From the NCBI GenBank assembly GCA_039679545.1, contig JBDKUT010000099.1, positions 1 to 23,584 on the forward strand: 23,584 bases of DNA, in the 5' to 3' direction. Positions 1 through 8,579 of this stretch are shown here, in pieces. Source of the DNA: Thermotogota bacterium (GTDB lineage: Bacteria; Bipolaricaulota; Bipolaricaulia; UBA7950; UBA9294). Position 1 is the stretch's first letter. Each line of letters starts with the position of its first letter. The position numbers and the translations under genes were made by a program. Below the pieces are notes generated by a model, which saw nothing but the letters and a program-made list of their open reading frames with translations, was not told the DNA's origin and ran no database searches.

Positions 1-617
1 GGGGCGACACCGAGGCGCAGAAGCAGGCTGGTGCGCGCCACGTCAGCCAGGGGATTGCCGCTGGTGGCGGTCATCCAGTCCAAGATGACCGGGCCGCGCC
101 GGGCGGTGAGGATGACGTTGTCGGGGTGGAAGTCGCCGTGGCACACCTGCCGCACGTCAGGCAGCGCACGGAGCCGATCCCGCGCCGCTTGCTGTGCGCG
201 CTCACTGATCGACCCGCTCGCGCGCTCGATGCTCCACTCGATGCGGTTTCGCATCGGCGGAAGGCCCTCGCCTGGCGCCGAGTGGATCTTGGCGTGCAGA
301 ACCGCCAGCCGGCGCGAATGGGCGATCAGCATCCAGGGGCGCGCACCCAGGTCGCGCATCATCGTCGTGCCGTCGATCCGCTCGAAGAGGATGCCAAGAC
401 GTCCGTCGACCTCGTGGACGCCGTCCGGCGCGTCTGAGTCGTACACCGCAGGGGCTGGGAGCCCGGCGCGGTGGGCAAGGCGCGACACCTCCGCCTCGCG
501 CCGCACGTAGTCCCTGCTGCTCCCCGCAAGGTAGAGCTTCATCACCCGACCGTTGCCCCACGCGAGGATCTCGGCCGTTCGTCCGCGGCCAACGACCTTG
601 TGATCTTCCTCCCTCAT
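1..617 (-). CDS. Aminoglycoside phosphotransferase (APH)/choline kinase-like phosphotransferase, 3' end outside window
   Basis: Not in ORF track (no stop in window). Manual translation from ATG 617 (SD GAGGGGG): MREEDHKVVGRGRTAEILAWGNGRVMKLY... with Brenner motif VCHGDFHPDNVIL, then VILDWMTATSGNPLADVART. Confidence 0.88.
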   Translation of the reverse strand, partial: MREEDHKVVGRGRTAEILAWGNGRVMKLYLAGSSRDYVRREAEVSRLAHRAGLPAPAVYDSDAPDGVHEVDGRLGILFERIDGTTMMRDLGARPWMLIAHSRRLAVLHAKIHSAPGEGLPPMRNRIEWSIERASGSISERAQQAARDRLRALPDVRQVCHGDFHPDNVILTARRGPVILDWMTATSGNPLADVARTSLLLRLGVA

Positions 618-725
618 CGCCCCCCTCACTGCCTACACAACAATGGCCATCCCTCGATGCGAGCGGAATGCAGCGATCGCGCGAGACGGCGCGCCCCATC
701 GCAATGCCGCGGTACGGCCCTCTTC

Positions 726-1058
726 CTACTTGCCGGTCTGCAGTCTGTACCAGGCGTACCCGGTCGGGACGACGAGGAGCCAGTCGATGAGGCCGAAGGC
801 GACGGCCAGCTTGCCCAAGAACAGGTTGATGAACCCGAGGATGAAGCCGACGACCGTCACTGCAAGGCACGTGTACTTTGCCGTCGTGATGTCCTTGGCG
901 CGGTACCTCATGATCCCGCCGAAGACGAGTCCGAGCACGAGGAACAGACCGATCACGAATCCCCAGACGTTGTCCATCGCAATGCCGATGATGGACATCA
1001 CCGTGATCCCCGCCGCCGTGATGATCATTGCGCTGAGCGGATCCAAGAGCTGACTCAC
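726..1058 (-). CDS. Small hypothetical integral membrane protein (~110 aa, about 4 TM helices)
   Basis: C-terminal part of ORF 726..1481. GTG at 1058 follows SD AAGGAGG; product MSQLLDPLSAMIITAAGITVMSIIG...YAWYRLQTGK is almost all hydrophobic. Confidence 0.75.
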   Translation of the reverse strand: MSQLLDPLSAMIITAAGITVMSIIGIAMDNVWGFVIGLFLVLGLVFGGIMRYRAKDITTAKYTCLAVTVVGFILGFINLFLGKLAVAFGLIDWLLVVPTGYAWYRLQTGK

Positions 1059-1153
1059 AAGGCCTCCTTCATTCGTCCTACACTGGTTCCAGTCTAGCCG
1101 TCTTGAAACCCAGCGTGAAGGGGATCCGGGCCGAACATTCCCGCCACCGACGC

Positions 1154-1162
1154 TGGTAAGAT
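1154..1162 (+). promoter_or_regulatory. Possible extended -10 promoter (TGgTAAGAT) for mocA-xdhC
   Basis: TG-N-TAAGAT about 10 nt before SD GAGGAGG (1172-1178). Confidence 0.35.
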
Positions 1163-1186
1163 GTGCCCGCTGAGGAGGCGAATCGC

Positions 1187-1792
1187 TTGCGGATCGAGAG
1201 GGAAGTCGTCGGCATCGTGCTCGCCGCGGGAGATTCCCGACGCATGGGGAGGACGAAGGCGCTCCTGCCGTTCCGTGGCTCAAGCTTTCTCGAAACCGTG
1301 TGCCACAGGATGCAAGAGGCATGTGTGAATCAGATCGTGGTCGTCGTCGGAGCGGATGCCGCCAAGATCCGACAGGTGATCGGAACGAAGTTGTGTGCAT
1401 TTGCCGTGAACCCACGTCCGTCGGACGGCATGCTCTCTTCACTACGAATCGGACTCGGGCAGGTGAATCCGCAGGCGGCAACAGCCGTCGTTGCGCTCGT
1501 GGACCAGCCCGCAGTTCCGGCCGAGGTGTATCAAGCCGTCGTGAGCGCGTGGAAGGCGTCCGACGCCGACGTCGTCATCCCACGTCACGGAGAGCGGTGC
1601 GGGCACCCGATCCTCCTCGACCGGCGCGCTTGGCCGCTTTGCTTCGAGGGGCCGCTCGATGAGGGGCTTCGCTGGGTCATGCACCATCCGCGCGTCACAG
1701 TCCGGGAGGTCGAGGTCGAAAGCCCGTTCGTCGCGCTTGACGTAGACACGCCGGAGGAGTACCAACGCCTGATGGAGGGAGACAATGAGTGA
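1187..1792 (+). CDS. mocA: Molybdenum cofactor cytidylyltransferase-like nucleotidyltransferase (MocA/MobA family)
   Basis: GIVLAAGDSRRMGRTKALL, GMLSSLRIGL, ALVDQP, GHPILL and DVDTPEEY motifs; overlaps xdhC. TTG 1187 chosen because SD GAGGAGG precedes it (track start 1163). Confidence 0.85.
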   Translation: MRIEREVVGIVLAAGDSRRMGRTKALLPFRGSSFLETVCHRMQEACVNQIVVVVGADAAKIRQVIGTKLCAFAVNPRPSDGMLSSLRIGLGQVNPQAATAVVALVDQPAVPAEVYQAVVSAWKASDADVVIPRHGERCGHPILLDRRAWPLCFEGPLDEGLRWVMHHPRVTVREVEVESPFVALDVDTPEEYQRLMEGDNE

Positions 1793-2591
1793 GGGACAGC
1801 GGTTGTTCGGCGTGCTGGACGAGGCCATCGCCTCTGGGCGCGACGTCGTTCTCGTGACGCTGATCGCGTCTTCGGGCTCGACCCCGAACGACGCGGGAGC
1901 GCAAATGCTTGTGTTCGGCGACGGCTCGATCGTCGGAACCGTTGGCGGCGGCAAGGTCGAGGCCCAGTGTGTCGAACAGGCCCTAGCCACCCTCAAGACA
2001 GGGGGCACCGCAAGGAAGAGCTTCGACCTCACGCCAAGATCGGGAATGGAATGCGGAGGGAGCGCGGAGGCGTTCTTCCAAGCGTTCAAGAGCCGCGCCC
2101 GGCTTCTGCTCTTAGGAGCCGGTCATGTCGCACAAGCCCTCGGCCGCGCGGCGGAGCTCGCAGGTCTTCCCTACGTCGTTGCCGACGACCGGTCGGAGTT
2201 CGCGAACCGTGAGCGGTTTCCTCGAGCCGTGGAGATCCTCGTCGAGCGGCCGGACCGCGCGACCCGCGCTGACACTGCCAACTCCACCACGTACGTCGTC
2301 ATCGTCACGCGCGAGCACGTGCTCGATCAAGAGTGTCTCGAGGCGGCACTTCGGACCGAGGCAGCCTACATCGGCATGATCGGATCGCGAAGGAAGGTCT
2401 CCGTCCTGTTCCAGCGTCTGAGCGAGAAGGGACTCCACCCGGAGAGCGACCCGCGCGTCTACGCGCCGATCGGCCTCGACCTCGGCGGGAAGTCCCCGGG
2501 TGAGATTGCCGTTTCCGTGATCGCCGAGATCCTTCAAGTCATGAACGAGAGATCCGGAAGGCACTGCCGCGAGGACCAGGGGCGAGACTAG
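1785..2591 (+). CDS. xdhC: XdhC/CoxF family xanthine dehydrogenase accessory (Moco insertion) factor
   Basis: GSTP..AGAQMLV, GTVGGG, GMECGG, LLGAGHVA, VIVTREHVLD, YIGMIGSRRK, YAPIGLDLGGKSPGEIAVSVIAEI. Confidence 0.92.
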   Translation: MSEGQRLFGVLDEAIASGRDVVLVTLIASSGSTPNDAGAQMLVFGDGSIVGTVGGGKVEAQCVEQALATLKTGGTARKSFDLTPRSGMECGGSAEAFFQAFKSRARLLLLGAGHVAQALGRAAELAGLPYVVADDRSEFANRERFPRAVEILVERPDRATRADTANSTTYVVIVTREHVLDQECLEAALRTEAAYIGMIGSRRKVSVLFQRLSEKGLHPESDPRVYAPIGLDLGGKSPGEIAVSVIAEILQVMNERSGRHCREDQGRD

Positions 2592-2695
2592 AGCCTCTTT
2601 CTGGGATGCGACGCCGTCGCCTAGCCACCGCCAGAACTTCGCTCCAGAATGCTGGACGGCACCACGAAGCCACAGGCAACGCCTGTTCTGGTGAC

Positions 2696-2825
2696 GCGGT
2701 GGCCCCCTGCCGTGAGCAAGGGATTAAGCGGATGTCGCTCTACACCGACGTCTCGATCTCCGCAAAGACGATCTACGAGCACCTCGGCTTCCAGCCCGCC
2801 GGAGCTCTCACCTACCGGTGGCGGC
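2696..2825 (+). pseudogene. Remnant of a GNAT acetyltransferase C-terminus
   Basis: Reads AVAPCREQGIKRMSLYTDVSISAKTIYEHLGFQPAG, resembling GNAT motif B (A..lYe.lGF); no credible N-terminal half or start. Confidence 0.5.
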
Positions 2826-2848
2826 GGCAGCCCAAGTGGGAGAACCAG

Positions 2849-2932
2849 AAAGCCGCTGACCGAGATCGCTGTCTCCGTGATCGGCGAGATGCTGCAGGTG
2901 CCAAACAAGAGAACCGGAAGACGCCGCCGCGG
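2849..2932 (+). repeat. Diverged duplicate of the xdhC 3' end (matches ~2489-2572, offset 360 bp)
   Basis: 2861-2930 vs 2501-2570: 53/70 identical, ungapped (counted by hand). Encodes EIAVSVIGEMLQVPNKRTGR vs EIAVSVIAEILQVMNERSGR. Confidence 0.85.
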
Positions 2933-3019
2933 GAGTCTAGACCTAAACGAGCTTATCTCTCGTAGGCCCGGTGCCTCAGCCCAACAACCCTCGCCAGAAC
3001 CTAGTGCTGGATTGCAAGA

Positions 3020-3049
3020 CCAGACCCCGTCGTCCAGACCCCGTCGTCC
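3020..3049. repeat. 14-bp tandem duplication (CCAGACCCCGTCGT)x2
   Basis: Exact copies at 3020-3033 and 3034-3047, plus CC. Confidence 0.6.
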
Positions 3050-3170
3050 CCCGGAGCCATGCCCTCGCCCTTTCTCTCTTCGGCCCGTCGCTTCGCCCCA
3101 CCTCGGTTCCGAGCCCAGCGTTCACTTCGGGCGGCCCGAAGACGGACGACTCCGACCCGCCCAGGGTTTC

Positions 3171-4922
3171 CTACGGTCCGATCACGATGGCTTTGGGGGT
3201 TCTGCCCGCTGGGAGCGTGGCCGTGACGGTGCCCGTCGCGGCGTCGATCACCGAGACGGTGCCGTCGCCAGAGTTGGTCACATAGGCCTTGTCCCCGCAG
3301 GTCGCGATGGCCGAGGGAGCATTGCCCACTCGAATAGTGGCTGTGACTGCGCTCGTCAGGATGTCGATCACCGAGACGGTACCGTCGTCGTAGTTGGCCA
3401 CGTAGACTTTGCCCCCGCAGACCTCGATGGCGCAGGGGTTCTTGCCCACTGGGACGGTGGCGGTGATCGTCTGCGTCAGAAGGTTGATCACCGAAACCGT
3501 GTTGGAGGGACCGTTTGACACAAAGGCTTGGCTTCCGCAGATCGCGATGTCCTCGGGATCGCTCTCCACCCTGATGGTTTGCGTGACCCTACCTGTCCCC
3601 AGGTCGATCACCGAGACGGTGCCGTCGAGGTGATTCAACACATAGGCCTTGTTCCCGCTGATCGCAATGTTACTGGGGCCCCCGCCCACTGCAATGGTCT
3701 TCGTGACCTGGTCACTCGTTGTGTCAATCACGGACACGGTATTGTCCTGGTAGTAGTTCGCCACATAGACCTTGTTCCCGCTGGTGGCGATGGCAAGGGG
3801 GCCCCAGCCCACTGTGATGGTCTTCGTGACCGTGCCTGTCGTCGTATTGATCACGGAGACCGTGCTGTCAAGGTAGTTTGCCACATAGGCCTTGTTCCCG
3901 CTGATCGTAATGGCATAGGGTCCGTTGCCCACCGGGATAGTCTTCGTGACCTTGCCTGTCACCAGGTCGAGTTCCGAGACGGTGCCGACCTCGTGGTTCA
4001 CCACGTAGGCCTTCTTGCAGTCCGGGCCGCTCCCTCCGCACGGGCAGAGTGGCGGCGATACCGCGCTCTCGCCGCCAGCGGGTGGCTGCGACAAGGCGCT
4101 CTCACCACCAGAGACTGGCTGCGGTGGCTTCTGCATCGGGGAGAGTGCGAGCATGCACTCCACCTTCGTCCAGGCCCCCTGGTAGTTGAGGTAGAGGACG
4201 TCCGTATCTTTGGCCTCCGTCTGGAGTACCTGGCCTTGAGCACCGGGCTGCCACGGGTCGTCCTCGGCCCAGGCCAAGTCAATTCCGTAGTTGCCATCCT
4301 CTAGCTTGTCGAACAGAAACGACCGACCGGCCAGGTACTGATTCCGATCCATTTGTTGCTCGATCCCGACGACCACTCCCTGGCCGTCCCGCAGCTCGCT
4401 CTGGTAGGCCGCGTGGTTCGGCTCCGGCTTGAGGGTCAGCGTGATTCCGCGGACCGCGTCCGGGGAGAACGGAACGCCGATGTCTCTTTGGAACTCCGCC
4501 GGGAACCCAGCGTCGTAGATCTTAAGCTCGAACACCCCGGGGTACTTCCCAGCGACGTACTTCGCCAAGCCAAACACCAGGAACGGGTCGGTCGTGCCCC
4601 GTGGACTACCCGTCTCCATGGAGGTCTTGCCGAACCGATCCGCCAGTTCGATCGTGTCCAGCTCGTCGATCGCCCCGTCTCCGTTGAGGTCGGCGAGCAG
4701 GTCAGGGTAGTCGTGGCCGTGGAACCAGGCCATGATCGTCGCCGCCTCGACGGGTGCCGTCCACCGATTCGTCCAGTCTAGCTTGCTCGTAGTGCTGATG
4801 AGCTGAAGGTCGTAGACGACAAACCCGACCGCCGCCTCCGCTTTCGCTGTGCTCGCCGGTCCCCCAACTAGCGCGACAACGACAATGAGAGCGATGAACA
4901 GCCCGAATCCTCGGCCTTCCAT
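3171..4922 (-). CDS. Secreted protein: signal peptide, N-terminal domain with EF-hand-like loop, Pro/Gly linker, 7-bladed YVTN/YncE beta-propeller
   Basis: Hydrophobic N-terminus; DLNGDGAIDELD loop; seven ~40-aa repeats KAYVxN..DGTVSVID..T..VT.TI.VG..P.AI; SD GAGGTGG. Confidence 0.9.
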   Translation of the reverse strand: MEGRGFGLFIALIVVVALVGGPASTAKAEAAVGFVVYDLQLISTTSKLDWTNRWTAPVEAATIMAWFHGHDYPDLLADLNGDGAIDELDTIELADRFGKTSMETGSPRGTTDPFLVFGLAKYVAGKYPGVFELKIYDAGFPAEFQRDIGVPFSPDAVRGITLTLKPEPNHAAYQSELRDGQGVVVGIEQQMDRNQYLAGRSFLFDKLEDGNYGIDLAWAEDDPWQPGAQGQVLQTEAKDTDVLYLNYQGAWTKVECMLALSPMQKPPQPVSGGESALSQPPAGGESAVSPPLCPCGGSGPDCKKAYVVNHEVGTVSELDLVTGKVTKTIPVGNGPYAITISGNKAYVANYLDSTVSVINTTTGTVTKTITVGWGPLAIATSGNKVYVANYYQDNTVSVIDTTSDQVTKTIAVGGGPSNIAISGNKAYVLNHLDGTVSVIDLGTGRVTQTIRVESDPEDIAICGSQAFVSNGPSNTVSVINLLTQTITATVPVGKNPCAIEVCGGKVYVANYDDGTVSVIDILTSAVTATIRVGNAPSAIATCGDKAYVTNSGDGTVSVIDAATGTVTATLPAGRTPKAIVIGP

Positions 4923-5304
4923 GGCGGACCACCTCGTCTAGCACAAGACTGTATCCACGTCGGATGACAAGGAGCGCTCCTATTCATAACACGCCTAAGG
5001 TATCCGGTCTTGACACATGCTTCTGAGATGACAGATGTGAGAATCTGTGTACCGAGCTACGCCTCGTCGCAATCTTGGCTGAACAACCATGTACATCCAG
5101 CCCGATGGCCACCATACCGACGTTTCCAACAGCATCTCCCTGCTCGACGCCGATCCGTTCTGTAGATCAGCAGGGCAGGCTCCGAGACTCGCCTTGTGCG
5201 CTGTGACCGAATCACGCGAAACCTGTCCCCCATGGCGATGCCCGAACAGGCCGGGGATCCCGGCGCAACTTGGCCGCCTTGACAGGGCACGCGTTCACTT
5301 GCGC

Positions 5305-5524
5305 ACGGTGAGCGAGCGCCGGCAGATTGTGGCTCCCGCCCAGGCGCGGGGGACTTCAACACCCGACCGGGCGACAAGCTCCTCGTCTTCAGCGATCTGG
5401 ACCGGCGCATACCATTCGCGCCCTTCGACGCCCTGAGAAGGACGACGCACGAGCGATGGAGTTCCTACGCGACGTGGGGCCGGCGGTGCTTGAGAAGAAG
5501 ACGTCGCCCTCGAAGAAGCGTTAA
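5305..5524 (+). pseudogene. Frameshifted AbrB/MazE/SpoVT-family transcriptional regulator
   Basis: Joining three frames (1-nt losses near 5350 and 5451) gives TVSERRQIVAPAQARx-DFNTRPGDKLLVFSDLDRRIPFAPFDALRRTTHx-AMEFLRDVGPAVLEKKTSPSKKR*, matching the TVxERGQIVIP..AR...I.PGDKL pattern. Stop abuts the ABC ATPase start. Confidence 0.75.
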
Positions 5525-5525
5525 G

Positions 5526-6467
5526 ATGCCCACCATGGCGCAGCCGAGCCTGGCTTTGAAGTGCGAGCACGTGGTCAAACGCTACGGCGACCTCGTCGCC
5601 GTGAACGACGTGAGCCTCGAGATCGCGGTCGGCGAGATCTTCGGCCTTGTCGGCCCGAACGGCGCAGGGAAGACGACGCTAATCGAAATGATCGAGAGCC
5701 TGCGCACGCCCGACGGCGGCTCGATCCGCGTGCTCGGCCTCGACCCGCGAACTCAGTCGGTCGAACTGCGCGAGCGGATCGGCGTGCAGCTCCAGGCGAC
5801 GTCGATCCAACCGAACCTGAAGGTGAAGGAAGCCCTCAGCCTCTTCGCGAGCCTGTACCGAAAGCCGCTGCCCCATCCCGAGGAGCTGCTCGAGACGCTG
5901 TCGCTCGCCGACAAGGCGAACAGCCGGTTCCGCAAGCTGTCGGGCGGGCAGAAGCAGCGGGTGGCGACCGCACTCGCCCTGGTCAACGATCCCGAGATCC
6001 TCTTCTTCGACGAGATTGCGACCGGCCTCGATCCGCAGGCGCGGCGCGCCATGTGGGACTTGCTGAGGGAGTTCCACGGCCGCGGGAAGACGGTGTTCCT
6101 GACGACCCACTACATGGAAGAGGCCGAGGCGCTGTGCGACCGCGTCGCCGTCATCGATCATGGCCGGATCATCGCCCTCGACACGCCGGCGAATCTCGTC
6201 CGCAACCTCAAGGCGGGGACGAAGGTGCTGTTCCGGGTGACAAACCGGGCTGTAGCGTCGGCGGAGTTTGCGAAGCTCCCGGCGGTGACCCGTGTGGAGC
6301 CGAAGGACGACGTGTTCGTCCTCTACACGAGCGACGGCAACGCCACGCTCCAGGAACTAATCCGCTACGCCGACCGCCAAGGCTTGAGCCTCGACGGGAT
6401 CCGCACGGAGACGCCGAACCTCGACGACGTCTTCCTCGCTCTCACGGGAAGGGAGATGAGGGAATGA
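5526..6467 (+). CDS. ABC-2 type exporter ATP-binding subunit
   Basis: Walker A GPNGAGKTT, signature LSGGQKQR, Walker B ILFFDE, TTHYMEEAE. Start ATG 5526 or 5535. Confidence 0.95.
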   Translation: MPTMAQPSLALKCEHVVKRYGDLVAVNDVSLEIAVGEIFGLVGPNGAGKTTLIEMIESLRTPDGGSIRVLGLDPRTQSVELRERIGVQLQATSIQPNLKVKEALSLFASLYRKPLPHPEELLETLSLADKANSRFRKLSGGQKQRVATALALVNDPEILFFDEIATGLDPQARRAMWDLLREFHGRGKTVFLTTHYMEEAEALCDRVAVIDHGRIIALDTPANLVRNLKAGTKVLFRVTNRAVASAEFAKLPAVTRVEPKDDVFVLYTSDGNATLQELIRYADRQGLSLDGIRTETPNLDDVFLALTGREMRE

Positions 6468-7207
6468 GGGGCCTAACGAAGCTCGCGTGGAGCGAGTTCC
6501 GGCTCACCCTGCGCGACCCGATGACGACGTTCTGGTCGCTCGCCTTCCCCGCGCTCTGGTTCCTGTTGATGGTCGTTGTCATCGGCATGCCGATCCCCGG
6601 CTTCGACTACCACGGCCAGGGCTTCGCGAGCCTCGTCTTCCCGGCGAGCATCAGCCTCGTGATCCTGAGCACGTCGTTCATCGGGGTGCCCATCGCGCTG
6701 ACGGCGTACCGCGAGGCCGGCGTCCTGCGCCGGCTGCGGGTCACGCCGGTGAGAGTGACAACGCTCGTCGCGGCCTACTCGCTCTCCCAGCTCGCGTTCA
6801 CCGTGGTCGGCGTCGCCGTGGTCACGGTCCTCGCGATGGGGTTCTTCGAGGTTCGCATCCTCGGTTCGGTGCTCGCGTTCGTCGGGGTCCTCGTCTGCGC
6901 GATGGTGATGTTCCTCGCACTCGGGAGCGCCATCGGCAGCGTCGCGCGGACGACCCGCACGGCGAACATCATCATCTGGTCGGCGTTCACGCCGATGCTG
7001 ATGCTCTCCGAGCTCTTCATGCCGCTGTCGCTCCTGCCGGAATGGCTCCAGCCGATCGCCAAGGCCCTACCGCTCACGCCGGTGAACACGCTCCTGAGAG
7101 ACATCGTTTTCGGTGTGCCGCTCCACGACCCGTGGCGGTTCGGTGTGCTCGGCGCGTGGGCTGTGGTCTCCCTCGTCCTGACGGTTCGCTTCTTCCGCTG
7201 GGAGTAG
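6464..7207 (+). CDS. ABC-2 type exporter permease
   Basis: ATGA overlap with ATPase stop; MRGLTKLAWSEFRLTLRDP..., YREAGVLRRLRVTP, LPEWLQPIAKALPLT, C-terminal RFFRWE; about 6 TM helices. Confidence 0.93.
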   Translation: MRGLTKLAWSEFRLTLRDPMTTFWSLAFPALWFLLMVVVIGMPIPGFDYHGQGFASLVFPASISLVILSTSFIGVPIALTAYREAGVLRRLRVTPVRVTTLVAAYSLSQLAFTVVGVAVVTVLAMGFFEVRILGSVLAFVGVLVCAMVMFLALGSAIGSVARTTRTANIIIWSAFTPMLMLSELFMPLSLLPEWLQPIAKALPLTPVNTLLRDIVFGVPLHDPWRFGVLGAWAVVSLVLTVRFFRWE

Positions 7208-7242
7208 GTGCACCTCTTCCGCACAGCGGGCTGCCCACAGAG

Positions 7243-8310
7243 TCAGGGCCGCGCGAGCTCCATAGCGAAGTGCTGTCCGCCGGCGCGCTGGGACAGGATC
7301 GTGAACCCGACCTCTCTTGCCAGCCGCTCGTAGTAGGCCGCGTCGCGCCCCTCTGCCGGCCACCGAACGCCGTAGCCGGTCGAGACCACCTTGCCGTCGG
7401 GCAGCTCTATCGTCATGGGGTAGATGACGACGTCCTTTTTGCTGTCTTCCCGCGAAGGTATGACGGCATCCCAGATCAGGAACCGGCCGCCGGGGGCGAG
7501 GACGCGAAAGACTTCCTCGAACACGCGGCAATGATCCTCGCCCTTCATGTACATGAGGGAGAAGAAGGCGGTCACGGTCTGGAAACTGCCGTCGAGGAAG
7601 CCGAGCTCGCGCGCGTCCATGACGATCTTGAGCGGGCCGGCGGGAGCCTCTTCCAGCTCCTGTCGCAGGCGGTCGATGGCGACGACGCGGTCACCGGCGA
7701 TCTGGCCGATGACGCCTTCCCCGCCGCCGCCGATGTCGAGGATGGCTCCCGTCAAGGGTAGGCCGCTCACGACGACGTGCTGACGCTCGAACGTGTGAGC
7801 ACGCTCGTCTCCGGGGTCGGGCTCGAGCGCCTTTCGCATTCGGAGATCTTTGGCCCCTTCGGGAGCCTCGTCCTCGACGAAACCCACCTTTCTGTAGAGG
7901 GCCCGCGCCGGGGCGTTGTCGGCCCGCACGTAGAGGACGACCGTCCTGACGGCGTCGCCTTTCAGAGACTCAAACATCTGCTCGAGGATCGCGCGGGCGA
8001 CTCCCCGGCCGCGGTGCGCCTCGTGAACGTAGATGTCAAAGAGCAAGCACGTGCCTTCAGGCGCTCCGGGAGCTACGCCGACCCAGACGAAGCCGAGTTC
8101 GCTTCCCGCTTCGTCCCGGGCGACACGGAACGCGTGGTCGGGCGAGTCCATGCCCTTCGGCAGAAGCACGGGGGTCATCGCTGCAAGCTGCTCACGCTCC
8201 GCCTTCGGGTCGGTGCCGTTCACCCACGCGCGGTCCTCCGCCTGACGCTCGGCGGAGAGCGCGAACCAGCGATCGAACTCGCCCTGGCTGAGCCGATGTA
8301 GCTTCACCAT
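7243..8310 (-). CDS. GNAT acetyltransferase fused to class I SAM-dependent methyltransferase
   Basis: N-half: DIYVHEAHRGRGVA and NAPARALYRKVGF. C-half: ILDIGGGGEG, MDARELGFLDGSF, EVFRVLAPGGRFLIWD. SD GAGGA. Confidence 0.88.
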   Translation of the reverse strand: MVKLHRLSQGEFDRWFALSAERQAEDRAWVNGTDPKAEREQLAAMTPVLLPKGMDSPDHAFRVARDEAGSELGFVWVGVAPGAPEGTCLLFDIYVHEAHRGRGVARAILEQMFESLKGDAVRTVVLYVRADNAPARALYRKVGFVEDEAPEGAKDLRMRKALEPDPGDERAHTFERQHVVVSGLPLTGAILDIGGGGEGVIGQIAGDRVVAIDRLRQELEEAPAGPLKIVMDARELGFLDGSFQTVTAFFSLMYMKGEDHCRVFEEVFRVLAPGGRFLIWDAVIPSREDSKKDVVIYPMTIELPDGKVVSTGYGVRWPAEGRDAAYYERLAREVGFTILSQRAGGQHFAMELARP

Positions 8311-8444
8311 GCACGTCCTCCTCTCGCAGATCCTTCACCTCAGGTAAGTCGGGAACGCCGCGTCGAAGGTTCATGGGTACACCTGACCCAAACAAGGCCG
8401 ACCGTGCGTAAGGGCCGTGGAGTCCTAAAGGAAGATGTCACCAC

Positions 8445-8473
8445 TTGCCACTGTCTTCCTTTCATACTATGAT
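8445..8473 (+). promoter_or_regulatory. Sigma70-type promoter for the SPFH gene
   Basis: TTGCCA (8445-8450), 17-bp spacer, TATGAT (8468-8473). Confidence 0.65.
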
Positions 8474-8579
8474 CCGGCCCATTCGACGGGAAGTGCGGCA
8501 GGCAGCCAGCTGCGGCGCCTGTCGCGGCGGATGACCTCAAGGTCGCGAGACGCGGCCTGCGGGGTCGAGGAGGGACGAC

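Noticed and set aside
1187..2591. Selenium-dependent molybdenum hydroxylase (yqeB/yqeC) locus
   Set aside because: Only mocA and xdhC are present; no yqeB/yqeC, structural subunits or in-frame Sec codon seen.
2489..2940. xdhC repeat pair as a diversity-generating retroelement TR/VR
   Set aside because: Differences are not adenine-specific, are mostly synonymous, and no reverse transcriptase is in the window.
2649..3518. 289-aa plus-strand ORF
   Set aside because: A composite of scar sequence, the xdhC duplicate and antisense of the YVTN gene; Pro/Arg/Ser-rich with no coherent domain.
3171..4015. ~120-bp periodic DNA repeats (GTCGATCACCGAGACGGT) as CRISPR or non-coding array
   Set aside because: Explained by the coding YVTN blades; the LRR repeats at ~16430-17150 are likewise coding.
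5522..5537. TAAGAT as a -10 box for a leaderless ABC ATPase mRNA
   Set aside because: The TAA is more simply the stop codon of the AbrB pseudogene; no convincing -35.
5561..6463. N-terminal extension of the permease in the 548-aa track ORF
   Set aside because: Alternate frame of the ATPase gene; the real start is ATG 6464.
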